Shown: positions 7,763 to 24,104 of the stretch, in pieces
How positions within the stretch are numbered: position 1 is the stretch's first letter
How the letters are laid out: each line of letters opens with the position of its first letter
Source: Gemmatimonas sp.
Lineage (GTDB): Bacteria > Gemmatimonadota > Gemmatimonadetes > Gemmatimonadales > Gemmatimonadaceae
Assembly: GCA_031414535.1 (NCBI GenBank)
Contig: JANNVQ010000029.1
Coordinates: 96,001 to 160,000, forward strand
Length of the DNA stretch: 64,000 nucleotides
Direction of reading: 5' to 3'
Notes under the pieces: model-generated
Databases searched by the model: none
The model's input: only the letters and a program-made list of their open reading frames with translations
Told to the model about the DNA's origin: nothing
Program-made: the position numbers and the translations under genes

Positions 7763-8698
7763 ATGCGTCCCCCACCAACTCTCGAGCTTCGCCAAGTCAC
7801 GCGCCGTTGGCGCACGGGCCTGCTCGGCACCAGCACCGACATCCTCGCGCTCTCGCACGTTTCACTCACGCTACGCGTCGGTGAGCTGATGGCCATCACC
7901 GGCCCCGCGGCCGCAGGCAAATCCACGCTGCTGCTGATTGCCGCTGGCCTCGCGCGTCCCACCGCGGGCGAAGCGCGATGGAACGGCAGCACGGATCACG
8001 CGCCACTCAGGCCGCAGCACCTCAAGTCGCGGCCCTGGGAATACCACTTCCTCACCGTGCGCCAAGCCTTGGCGTTTCACGCGGATGTGCTCTCGCTCGG
8101 CGAGCAGGCACTCCCCGCACCCACTCGCTATCTGCCCTTGATGCATCGCGTGGGGCTGCGCGGAATGTCGCGCGTGCGTCTGGGAGCACTCTCGCCGCTT
8201 GATCAATTGCGCGTGGTCGTCGCACAGGGCCTGCTTGCGCACCCGGAACTCATCTGCCTCGACGAACCCTTTGCCTATTGCTCGCGCGAGCAACGCCGCG
8301 AGGGCGTTGCGCTCTTACAGGGCATTGCCGCGAGCGGGATCGCCGTGATGGTGGCCGGCCGCGACGGGGATGCCTGCGGCGGGCAAGGCACAGCGGACAA
8401 AGTGATTCGTCTCGTGGATGGTCGCGTGGATGGGATCGCGAGGCCGCGGCGCAACGTGTTGGAGTTGGCCGTGCTGAGTCCCGATGACGCCATGGAACGC
8501 CTGCTACCCAAGCTCCCGAGTCTGGCGCGGCGCGGGAGGCGGTTGCGCGTGCCGTTACCGCAGGGAACATCCGCGGAGTTCGTGCTGGCCCTGTGCCGCG
8601 ATGCGGGCGTGGCGGTACGGGCCTCACGCGTCGCCGAGGAAATCGTGCCGCGGGGAAGGCTAACCGAGCCGTTGCCGCTCCCTCACGCGTCCCGGTAG
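7763..8698 (+). CDS. ABC-type ATP-binding domain protein with degenerate motifs
   Basis: Walker A GPAAAGKST and Walker B ICLDEPF are present; the signature is degenerate (LSPLDQLR). Start placed at ATG 7763, behind TACCGT. Confidence 0.7.
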   Translation: MRPPPTLELRQVTRRWRTGLLGTSTDILALSHVSLTLRVGELMAITGPAAAGKSTLLLIAAGLARPTAGEARWNGSTDHAPLRPQHLKSRPWEYHFLTVRQALAFHADVLSLGEQALPAPTRYLPLMHRVGLRGMSRVRLGALSPLDQLRVVVAQGLLAHPELICLDEPFAYCSREQRREGVALLQGIAASGIAVMVAGRDGDACGGQGTADKVIRLVDGRVDGIARPRRNVLELAVLSPDDAMERLLPKLPSLARRGRRLRVPLPQGTSAEFVLALCRDAGVAVRASRVAEEIVPRGRLTEPLPLPHASR

Positions 8699-8707
8699 CT
8701 TTCCCCT

Positions 8708-10120
8708 ATGCCGGATTTCAATCTCTACAACACCATGTCGCGCGCGGTCGAGCCCTTTGTCCCAGAGGATGGGCATACGGTGAAGCTCTACACCTGCGGC
8801 CCGACCGTCTACAACCCGGCGCACCTCGGCAACTTCCGCACCTTCCTTTTCGAGGATTTGTTGCGGCGCGTCATTCGCTTGCGCGGATGGACGGTGGAGC
8901 AGGTGATGAACCTGACGGACGTGGACGACAAGATCATCGTCCGCGCCACGCAGCAGGGCAAGACCATCGGCGAGGTGACAGATCCGATTGTCGAGATCTT
9001 TCACGCGGACCGGAAGTATCTGCGCATTGAGGATGCGGAGCACTATCCGCGCGCCACGGCCTACATCCCGCAGATGATTGCGCTCGTTGAGCGACTGATT
9101 TCCAATGGGGTTGCTTACGTCGCGGAAGACAAGAGTGTGTACTTCGCGATTGATAAGTTCGCGGGCTACGGACGTCTTTCGCGACTAGATACACGTGAAA
9201 TCCAAAGCGGTGCGCGCGTTGCGCAAGACGACTACTCCAAGGAGAACGCGCAGGACTTCGCGTTGTGGAAGTCGGCAAAGGCCGAGGATGAGGCGTGCAA
9301 TGCCGCGTGGGATTCGCCCTGGGGCCGCGGGCGTCCCGGCTGGCATCTCGAGTGCTCGGCGATGGCCATGACCATCCTCGGCGAGACTTTGGACTTGCAC
9401 TGCGGCGGTATTGACCTCGTATTCCCGCATCACGAAGACGAGATCGCGCAGAGTGAGGCGGCCACGGGCAAGGAGTTTGCGCGTTGCTGGGCCCACGGTG
9501 AGTTCCTGCTCACGGACGGCGCCAAGATGGCCAAGCGCGTGGGCAACGTGCAGAACGTGGAAGGCTTACGCGAAGCGGGTATTACAGGAGCCGCGGTGCG
9601 GCACTTCGTGTTTAGCACGCATTATCGCAAGCAATTGAACCTGAGCGGCGACGCGCTCGAGGGTTCAATGGAAGCGGTGCGTCGCATTGGCGACTTCGCG
9701 GAGCGTCTGCGGGCAGCAAAGGGTGGCACGCGGGGCCTTGAGGATGCGGCGGATCGTCTGGAAACGGCGGCGCGCGCGGCCCTGTTCGATGACTTAAACG
9801 CGCCCGAGGCAATGGCCGCCCTGTTTGAGTTCGTGCGCGCGGCCAACAAGGAGCTCGATGCCGGCGGCTCGGACGCGGCGGCGCTGCGTCGGGCGCGCGA
9901 GGTCTTTCAGATGGTAGATCGCGTGTTGGACCTCGTACCCGCCGCCGTTGAGACGGACGCTGAGTTGGCGAGCTGGGTGGACGCGCAGATCCAGGCGCGC
10001 AAGGAAGCGAGGGCGCGTCGTGACTTCGCGGCGGCTGATGCGATTCGGGCGGCGTTGGATGAGAAGGGAATTGTGATTGAGGACGGGCCGGCGGGAACGC
10101 GATGGAAGAAGGCGCGGTAA
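8708..10120 (+). CDS. cysS: Cysteine--tRNA ligase
   Basis: Motifs YTCGPTVY, HLGN (HIGH), TDVDDKII, DFALWK, GRPGWHLECS, HCGGIDLVFPHHEDE and KMAKR (KMSKS). Confidence 0.97.
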   Translation: MPDFNLYNTMSRAVEPFVPEDGHTVKLYTCGPTVYNPAHLGNFRTFLFEDLLRRVIRLRGWTVEQVMNLTDVDDKIIVRATQQGKTIGEVTDPIVEIFHADRKYLRIEDAEHYPRATAYIPQMIALVERLISNGVAYVAEDKSVYFAIDKFAGYGRLSRLDTREIQSGARVAQDDYSKENAQDFALWKSAKAEDEACNAAWDSPWGRGRPGWHLECSAMAMTILGETLDLHCGGIDLVFPHHEDEIAQSEAATGKEFARCWAHGEFLLTDGAKMAKRVGNVQNVEGLREAGITGAAVRHFVFSTHYRKQLNLSGDALEGSMEAVRRIGDFAERLRAAKGGTRGLEDAADRLETAARAALFDDLNAPEAMAALFEFVRAANKELDAGGSDAAALRRAREVFQMVDRVLDLVPAAVETDAELASWVDAQIQARKEARARRDFAAADAIRAALDEKGIVIEDGPAGTRWKKAR

Positions 10121-10193
10121 CTGCGAGGACTTTTGCCCGCGGACTTCCTTCCTCGCTCTGGGCCCCTTATTTTTAGCGTTCTGCGTTCGGTTC

Positions 10194-10266
10194 GCTGACG
10201 TAGCTCAGCTGGTAGAGCACCCGATTTGTAATCGGGCGGTCGCGAGTTCGATTCTCGCCGTCAGCT
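10194..10266 (+). tRNA. tRNA-Thr(TGT)
   Basis: Cloverleaf GCTGACG...CGTCAGC; anticodon arm CCCGA-TTTGTAA-TCGGG; TTCGA T-loop; CCA not encoded. Confidence 0.96.
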
Positions 10267-10297
10267 CTGTGGGCTTGCGGTGGCAGCGCGGGAGTGC

Positions 10298-10379
10298 GGT
10301 GGGATACCCAAGTGGCCAACGGGAGCAGACTGTAAATCTGCCGGCATTGCCTTCGAAGGTTCGAATCCTTCTCCCACCA
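10298..10379 (+). tRNA. tRNA-Tyr(GTA)
   Basis: GGTGGGA...TCCCACC-A; anticodon arm GCAGA-CTGTAAA-TCTGC; long variable arm. Confidence 0.96.
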
Positions 10380-10389
10380 TAGAACAGCG

Positions 10390-10474
10390 GAAGAGCGAAG
10401 AGCGACAAGGGAAGAGCGAAGAGGGGAAGAGCGAGAAGGAGAAGGGGGAAGGGTAGAAATAGAAGTGAGAAGAC
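10390..10474. repeat. Purine-rich GAAGAGC heptamer tract filling the Tyr-Gly tRNA spacer
   Basis: GAAGAGC GAAGAGC GACAAGG GAAGAGC GAAGAGGG GAAGAGC GAGAAGGA GAAGGGG GAAGGGT... Confidence 0.85.
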
Positions 10475-10547
10475 GCGGGAGTAGCTCAGCTGGTAGAGCG
10501 CAAGCCTTCCAAGCTTGATGTCGCGGGTTCGAGCCCCGTCTCCCGCT
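10475..10547 (+). tRNA. tRNA-Gly(TCC)
   Basis: GCGGGAG...CTCCCGC-T; anticodon arm CAAGC-CTTCCAA-GCTTG. Confidence 0.96.
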
Positions 10548-10556
10548 CTGGAAGTA

Positions 10557-10599
10557 GAAGGGTGAAGGGTGAAGGGTGAAGGTTGAAGGTTGGAAGAGG
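10557..10599. repeat. GAAGG(G/T)T heptamer tandem repeat in the Gly-Thr tRNA spacer
   Basis: GAAGGGT x3, GAAGGTT x2, then G GAAGAGG. Confidence 0.88.
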
Positions 10600-10601
10600 T
10601 T

Positions 10602-10674
10602 GCACGCATAGCTCAGTCGGTAGAGCACATCCTTGGTAAGGATGAGGTCACCGGTTCGATCCCGGTTGCGTGCT
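10602..10674 (+). tRNA. tRNA-Thr(GGT)
   Basis: GCACGCA...TGCGTGC-T; anticodon arm CATCC-TTGGTAA-GGATG. Confidence 0.96.
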
Positions 10675-10682
10675 TGATACTG

Positions 10683-10764
10683 GACGGATGACGGACGCTG
10701 AAAGGGCGCGCTGAGCTAAGCTCGGCGCGCCCTTTTCCGTTGCATCCGTCATCCGTCTTCCGTC
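10683..10764 (+). terminator. Intrinsic terminator of the tRNA operon, nested inside GACGGAT/ATCCGTC heptamer arms
   Basis: Stem AAAGGGCGCGCTGAGC-TAA-GCTCGGCGCGCCCTTTT (10701-10736), flanked by GACGGAT GACGGAC on the left and ATCCGTC ATCCGTC TTCCGTC on the right. Confidence 0.8.
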
Positions 10765-10822
10765 CTGCTTCGGGGCACCTTCGGGATTAGCCCGGCGCCG
10801 TAAGCCTCGGATGGCTCAGCAC

Positions 10823-10851
10823 TTGCATCACGCTCTACCTCAGTCTACGTT
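10823..10851 (+). promoter_or_regulatory. Sigma70-type promoter for the rpmG-secE-nusG operon
   Basis: TTGCAT (10823-10828), 17-nt spacer, TACGTT (10846-10851); ~100 nt upstream of rpmG and just after the tRNA terminator. Confidence 0.6.
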
Positions 10852-10948
10852 TCAAGGCTCGCCGCCATGCGCCCAAGTCCGGGGGCAGGGTGGCCTGTCG
10901 CGTCCCGTTGGCGGGACGTCTTGAACGCCCTAATTCAGAGAGTGTCCA

Positions 10949-11101
10949 ATGCCGCGTGACAAGATCATCCTCGCGTGCAGTGAGTGCAAGAATCGCAACT
11001 ACTTCACCACGAAGAACAAGCGCCTGCACCCCGAGCGCGTGGAGTGGAAGAAGTACTGCCCCCGCTGCAACAAGCACATGCTCCATAAGGAGACGAAGTA
11101 A
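10949..11101 (+). CDS. rpmG: 50S ribosomal protein L33 (zinc-binding form)
   Basis: Not in the ORF track (50 aa): [50 protein letters not shown], with two CxxC motifs. Confidence 0.97.
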   Translation: MPRDKIILACSECKNRNYFTTKNKRLHPERVEWKKYCPRCNKHMLHKETK

Positions 11102-11335
11102 GTGGCCAGCGAGGTCGTGCAGGTCCAGCCGTCTTTGCCTAAGCGCGTCGTGACCTTCTGGAACGACGTGGTGTCGGAGATGCGCAAGGTCACCTGGCCG
11201 GATCGTCCGCAGGTGCAGTCACTCTCCTTGGGCGTGATTGTCATCTCGCTCGCGATTGGCGGCGTGATCTGGTTGCTTGACCTCATCCTGCAGGCCGTGC
11301 TGGTGCGTGGTATTCCTGCGCTCTTCGGGGCCTAA
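11102..11335 (+). CDS. secE: Preprotein translocase subunit SecE
   Basis: EMRKVTWP motif followed by one TM helix; lies between rpmG and nusG. Confidence 0.95.
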   Translation: MASEVVQVQPSLPKRVVTFWNDVVSEMRKVTWPDRPQVQSLSLGVIVISLAIGGVIWLLDLILQAVLVRGIPALFGA

Positions 11336-11337
11336 CC

Positions 11338-11883
11338 GTGACGCATCGCTGGTACGCCGTCCAGACGACCTCTGGGCACGAGAACAAGGTGCGCACGCTG
11401 ATTCAGCGGAAGATTGACGCTGATCCCACGGCGGCCGAGGATAGGCGCATCCGGCAGGCGCTGGTCCCGACTGAGCAGGTGGTCGAGATCAAGAACGGCA
11501 AGAAGGTCACCGTTGATCGCAAGGTCTACCCGGGCTACGTGCTCGTGGAGATGGCCATCAGCGAGGACACGCTACACAACATCAACGCCATTCAGGGCGT
11601 GATCAAGTTTGTTGGCACCAAGGACCGCGAGCCGCAGGCGCTGCGTGAAGATGAAGTGAAGCGCCTGCTAGGTATCGCCGTCGAAGAAGAAGTGGCCACG
11701 CCGAAGGAGGAGATTCCCTTCCTCATCGGTCAGGCCGTCGCGATCACGGACGGACCGTTCACGGACTTTAACGGAACGGTGGAAGATGTGATTGTGGACA
11801 AAGGAAAGGTTCGCGTCAGCGTCAGTCTCTTCGGGAGACCGACGAGTGTGGAGCTGGATTACTTGCAGTTAAAGGGACACTAG
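11338..11883 (+). CDS. nusG: Transcription termination/antitermination factor NusG
   Basis: WYAVQTTSGHENKV, YPGYVLVEM, and KOW domain DGPFTDFNGTV..FGRPTSVEL. Confidence 0.97.
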   Translation: MTHRWYAVQTTSGHENKVRTLIQRKIDADPTAAEDRRIRQALVPTEQVVEIKNGKKVTVDRKVYPGYVLVEMAISEDTLHNINAIQGVIKFVGTKDREPQALREDEVKRLLGIAVEEEVATPKEEIPFLIGQAVAITDGPFTDFNGTVEDVIVDKGKVRVSVSLFGRPTSVELDYLQLKGH

Positions 11884-11946
11884 GACGGAAGACGGATGAC
11901 GGATGCCGCACGCATCTGTTCAGCATCCGTCACCCGTCTGCCGTCC
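11883..11946. repeat. Heptamer-built hairpin directly after the nusG stop codon
   Basis: GGACGGAAGACGGATGACGGATGC ... GCATCCGTCACCCGTCTGCCGTCC, an imperfect 24-bp inverted repeat. Confidence 0.85.
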
Positions 11947-12121
11947 AGTTGAAAAGCAGATGCCTTTGCGCGAGGCAGGTGGACGAGGTCACAGTCTCCA
12001 CTGAGAAGCGCCCCGACGGAAAACCACGACGTCGTTAATCACATTGTGGGAGTCAGCGTGTAACGCCAGCCCGTCGCATCCGACGGTGCCCGTGCACGCT
12101 TCACGTTTTCCAGAGGGTAAG

Positions 12122-12544
12122 ATGGCCAAGAAGGTCACCGGTTTCGTCAAACTGCAGATTCCTGCAGGCAAGGCGAATCCGGCCCCGCCCGTCGGCACCG
12201 CGCTCGGTCCGCAGGGAATCAACATCATGTCGTTCTGCAAAGAGTTCAATGCTCGCACGCAGGGACAGGATGCGATTCTTCCGGTCGAGATCACGATTTT
12301 TGCCGACAAGTCCTTCACGTTCATCCTGAAGACGCCGCCCGCGGCGTTCCTCGTCAAGCGCGAGGCAGGAATCGAGAAGGGCTCCGGTCAGCCCAACCGC
12401 AACAAGGTTGGCTCGATCACCAAGGCGCAGGTCCGGAAGATCGCCGAAATGAAGATGCCCGATCTCAACACCGACAATCTCGAGTCTGCCATGGCGATGG
12501 TTGCCGGCGCTGCTCGTTCTATGGGTGTGGAGGTGAAGGGATGA
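12122..12544 (+). CDS. rplK: 50S ribosomal protein L11
   Basis: [29 protein letters not shown]; true start at ATG 12122, behind GAGG. Confidence 0.97.
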   Translation: MAKKVTGFVKLQIPAGKANPAPPVGTALGPQGINIMSFCKEFNARTQGQDAILPVEITIFADKSFTFILKTPPAAFLVKREAGIEKGSGQPNRNKVGSITKAQVRKIAEMKMPDLNTDNLESAMAMVAGAARSMGVEVKG

Positions 12545-13230
12545 AGACGCACGGAAAGAAGTACCGCGCCGCCGCCGAGAAGATTCAGGCCGGCACGCTG
12601 CACACCCCGCAGGCTGCCCTCGAGGCCGTCAAGACGGCTGCGTTCGCCAAGTTCGACGAGTCTGTCGAAGTGGCCGTGCGCTTGGGCGTTGATCCCCGCC
12701 ATGCGGACCAGGTGGTTCGCGGCACGGTGATCATGCCGGCTGGAACGGGCAAGACGGTCCGCGTCCTCGTCATCGCCGTGGGCGAAAAGGCCAACGAAGC
12801 GACGGCCGCCGGAGCCGATTTCGTCGGCACCGAGTTCATCCAGAAGGTGAAGGACGGATGGACGGACTTCGACGTGATGATCGCGACGCCCGACCAGATG
12901 GGTCAGGTCGGTCAGCTGGGCCGCGTGCTCGGCCCCCGCGGTTTGATGCCGAATCCGAAGGCCGGCACCGTGACGTTCAACGTCGCGCAGGCCGTGAAGG
13001 AAACCAAGGCTGGCAAGATCGAGTTCCGTGTTGACAAGGCCGGCAATGTGCAGGCTGCGATCGGCAAGGTCTCGTTTGGCCTCGAAGCCCTGGAGACGAA
13101 CTTCGGCGCGTTCATGGATCAGATCATCCGATCCAAGCCCGCTGCTTCGAAGGGCGTGTACGTCAAGACAGTCGCCGTGAGCTCTACGATGGGCCCCGGC
13201 GTTCGTATCGACACCACTCCGTACCGGTAA
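12541..13230 (+). CDS. rplA: 50S ribosomal protein L1
   Basis: [41 protein letters not shown] and STMGPG. Confidence 0.97.
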   Translation: MKTHGKKYRAAAEKIQAGTLHTPQAALEAVKTAAFAKFDESVEVAVRLGVDPRHADQVVRGTVIMPAGTGKTVRVLVIAVGEKANEATAAGADFVGTEFIQKVKDGWTDFDVMIATPDQMGQVGQLGRVLGPRGLMPNPKAGTVTFNVAQAVKETKAGKIEFRVDKAGNVQAAIGKVSFGLEALETNFGAFMDQIIRSKPAASKGVYVKTVAVSSTMGPGVRIDTTPYR

Positions 13231-13236
13231 CCCACG

Positions 13237-13722
13237 ATGAAGCGATCCGACAAGGAACAGCTCGTCGCCGAGCTGAAGGCCAAGCTCGCGGGCGCCGACG
13301 CGGTCTATTACACGGACTTCACCGGTTTGAACGTGAAGTCCATGACGACCCTCCGCCGCCGGTTCCGCAAGGCGGGCGTTGAGTACGTCGTCATTAAGAA
13401 CACCCTCGCGCTGCGCGCGGTCAACGAAGCCGGCTTTGCCGGTCAAGCGTTGAAGGGGCCCACGGGCGTTGTGGTGGCGAAGGATGCCATCTCCGCGGCC
13501 AAGCTCCTCTCCGACTTCGCGAAGGAGAATGACCAGAAGCCCACCATCAAGGGCGGCCTGTGGGAAGGCAAGGCCGTTGATGCGGATACGGTCAAGAAGC
13601 TCGCCTCGATGCCGACGCGCGATGAAGCGCTGTCGATTCTCGTTGGCACGTTCAACAGCGTGCTCTCGATGTTCGCCCTGGCACTCGAAGCAAAGAAGAC
13701 GCAGCTCGAAGGTTCGAACTAA
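13237..13722 (+). CDS. rplJ: 50S ribosomal protein L10
   Basis: DFTGLNV..LRRRFR..VIKNTL and LASMPTRDE; operon position. Confidence 0.95.
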   Translation: MKRSDKEQLVAELKAKLAGADAVYYTDFTGLNVKSMTTLRRRFRKAGVEYVVIKNTLALRAVNEAGFAGQALKGPTGVVVAKDAISAAKLLSDFAKENDQKPTIKGGLWEGKAVDADTVKKLASMPTRDEALSILVGTFNSVLSMFALALEAKKTQLEGSN

Positions 13723-13799
13723 TCCCCCAGGCGTCTGCCTGATCACACACGCCCCAGGTTTTAAAGAACCCTGGGGGAAACTTTTGGAGAATTACACAA

Positions 13800-14183
13800 A
13801 TGGCTAACGCAACTCTCTCTAAGGACGAGATCCTCGAGGCGATCGGCAACATGTCGGTCATCGAGCTTGTTGACCTGATCGATGCGTTTAAGACGAAGTT
13901 CAACGTGACCATCTCCGCTGTCGCCGCTGGCGGCCCTGCGGGTGGCGCACCGGCTGCCGCTGCCGAAGAGAAGACCGAGTTCGACGTGGTCCTCAAGGAA
14001 GCGGGCGGCAAGAAGATTCAGGTCATCAAGGTGGTTCGCGAAATCACCGGCCTGGGCCTGAAGGAAGCGAAGGACCTGGTGGACGGCGCCCCGCAGGTTG
14101 TGAAGGCCGGCGTCTCGAAGGACGAAGCCGCGCAGATCAAGGCCAAGCTCGAGGCCGAAGGCGCTGGCGTCGAGGTCAAGTAA
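13800..14183 (+). CDS. rplL: 50S ribosomal protein L7/L12
   Basis: [39 protein letters not shown]. Confidence 0.97.
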   Translation: MANATLSKDEILEAIGNMSVIELVDLIDAFKTKFNVTISAVAAGGPAGGAPAAAAEEKTEFDVVLKEAGGKKIQVIKVVREITGLGLKEAKDLVDGAPQVVKAGVSKDEAAQIKAKLEAEGAGVEVK

Positions 14184-14197
14184 GGCGGATGGGTTTA

Positions 14198-14223
14198 CGG
14201 TCCGGGAGTCAAACCCCGGACCG
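14198..14223 (+). terminator. Hairpin between rplL and rpoB (attenuator- or terminator-like)
   Basis: CGGTCCGGG-8 nt-CCCGGACCG; lacks a clear U-tract. Confidence 0.5.
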
Positions 14224-14371
14224 CAACTCACTCCCTCTTACTCGGCCTTTGCAATGCATCTGAAGTTCTTCTCGCTCTACATCTGAAGCTCCTTTCGCCT
14301 CGCCCCTCCCGGTCTTGTCCGGGTGGTGGCGGGGCGGTTTTCGCCTGTTCACGGGCACAGCCCGGGTCGCC

Positions 14372-18943
<4,572 letters not shown>

Positions 18944-18946
18944 CTG

Positions 18947-23269
<4,323 letters not shown>

Positions 23270-23275
23270 GAACAA

Positions 23276-23397
23276 GACGGATGACGGATGACGGACGCCA
23301 AGGGCGGGAAGAGCGAGAGCTCGACCCGCCCTTGGCGCGTTCTTGGGTATCCGTCATCCGTCATCCGTCATGCGTCATGCGTCTTCCGTCTTCCGTC
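23276..23397 (+). terminator. Hairpin after rpoC, nested inside GACGGAT/ATCCGTC heptamer arms
   Basis: GACGGAT GACGGAT GACGGAC, then GCCAAGGGCGGG..GAGC-GAGA-GCTC..CCCGCCCTTGGC, then ATCCGTC x3, ATGCGTC x2, TTCCGTC x2. Confidence 0.8.
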
Positions 23398-23426
23398 CAG
23401 TTTCCCAACGCGTAGATTCGCCTATC

Positions 23427-24104
23427 ATGGCGATTGACTTACGGGAGCGCCCAAGCGACGATGCCGTCACCGGCATCGTTCTGATGAACCTAGCGGTGAT
23501 CGTTGGCGCCCTCGTCAGCGGCGAGGGGCTCGTGATGCTCATGTGGCCGTACTGGATTCAGAGCGTGGTCATTGGCTACTTCAACGTGCGCCGCATTCAG
23601 AAGCTGCAGCGGTTTTCGACCGAAGGCCTGAAGATCAACGGCGCGTACGTGGATCCCACGCCGGGTACGCGACGACAGACCTGGGTGTTCTTCATGATCC
23701 ACTATGGATTTTTCCACGTTGGGTACATGATGTTCCTCTTCGCTTTCTCATCGGGGGGCATGACGGGTGAGAGCGGGGCGGGAGAGCCGACCAGGCTCCC
23801 TAGTGGGCTCGGGGAGTGGAATCGCCTGTGGTTTGTGGTCACGGCAATCGGCTTCCTCATCAGCCATGGACAGTCGCATCGCGAGCATGTGGATGCGGAT
23901 CTGCGCGGCACGCCGAACATCGGGACATTGATGTTCATGCCCTACATCCGCATCGTCCCCATGCATATCACAATCATCGTTGGCGCACTGCTCGGCGATG
24001 GCTTGGGACTGCTGCTCTTTGGCGGGCTAAAGACCGTCGCCGACGTGGCGATGCATAAGGTGGAGCATCATCTACTGCAAAAATCCGGCACCGTGGCTGC
24101 TTAG
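23427..24104 (+). CDS. Membrane protein, DUF6498-like
   Basis: Several TM helices; YWIQSVVIGYFN, FFMIHYGFFH and PYIRIVPMH motifs. The track's N-terminal extension is translated repeat DNA. Confidence 0.6.
   Translation: MAIDLRERPSDDAVTGIVLMNLAVIVGALVSGEGLVMLMWPYWIQSVVIGYFNVRRIQKLQRFSTEGLKINGAYVDPTPGTRRQTWVFFMIHYGFFHVGYMMFLFAFSSGGMTGESGAGEPTRLPSGLGEWNRLWFVVTAIGFLISHGQSHREHVDADLRGTPNIGTLMFMPYIRIVPMHITIIVGALLGDGLGLLLFGGLKTVADVAMHKVEHHLLQKSGTVAA

Noticed and set aside
10380..10601. CRISPR array
   Set aside because: The units are contiguous 7-mers with no unique spacers, and there are no cas genes.
10077..10628. ORFs spanning the tRNA cluster
   Set aside because: They overlap four clear tRNA genes and translate low-complexity repeat DNA.
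10194..10674. Prophage or island integrated at the tRNA cluster
   Set aside because: No integrase is present, no duplicated tRNA 3' end was seen in the window, and the flanking genes are housekeeping.
12388..13746. Long antisense ORFs (this one, 1056-2384, 24242-25798, 21131-22255, 40717-41817 and similar)
   Set aside because: Shadow ORFs opposite well-supported genes, as expected from high-GC codon bias; no recognisable motifs.
23343..23426. N-terminal extensions in the ORF track (23343, 3365, 12044, 14315, 44578, 50795, 53389)
   Set aside because: They translate repeat or intergenic DNA or overlap upstream genes. Downstream starts fit homology, SD or -10 signals, or stop-start coupling better.
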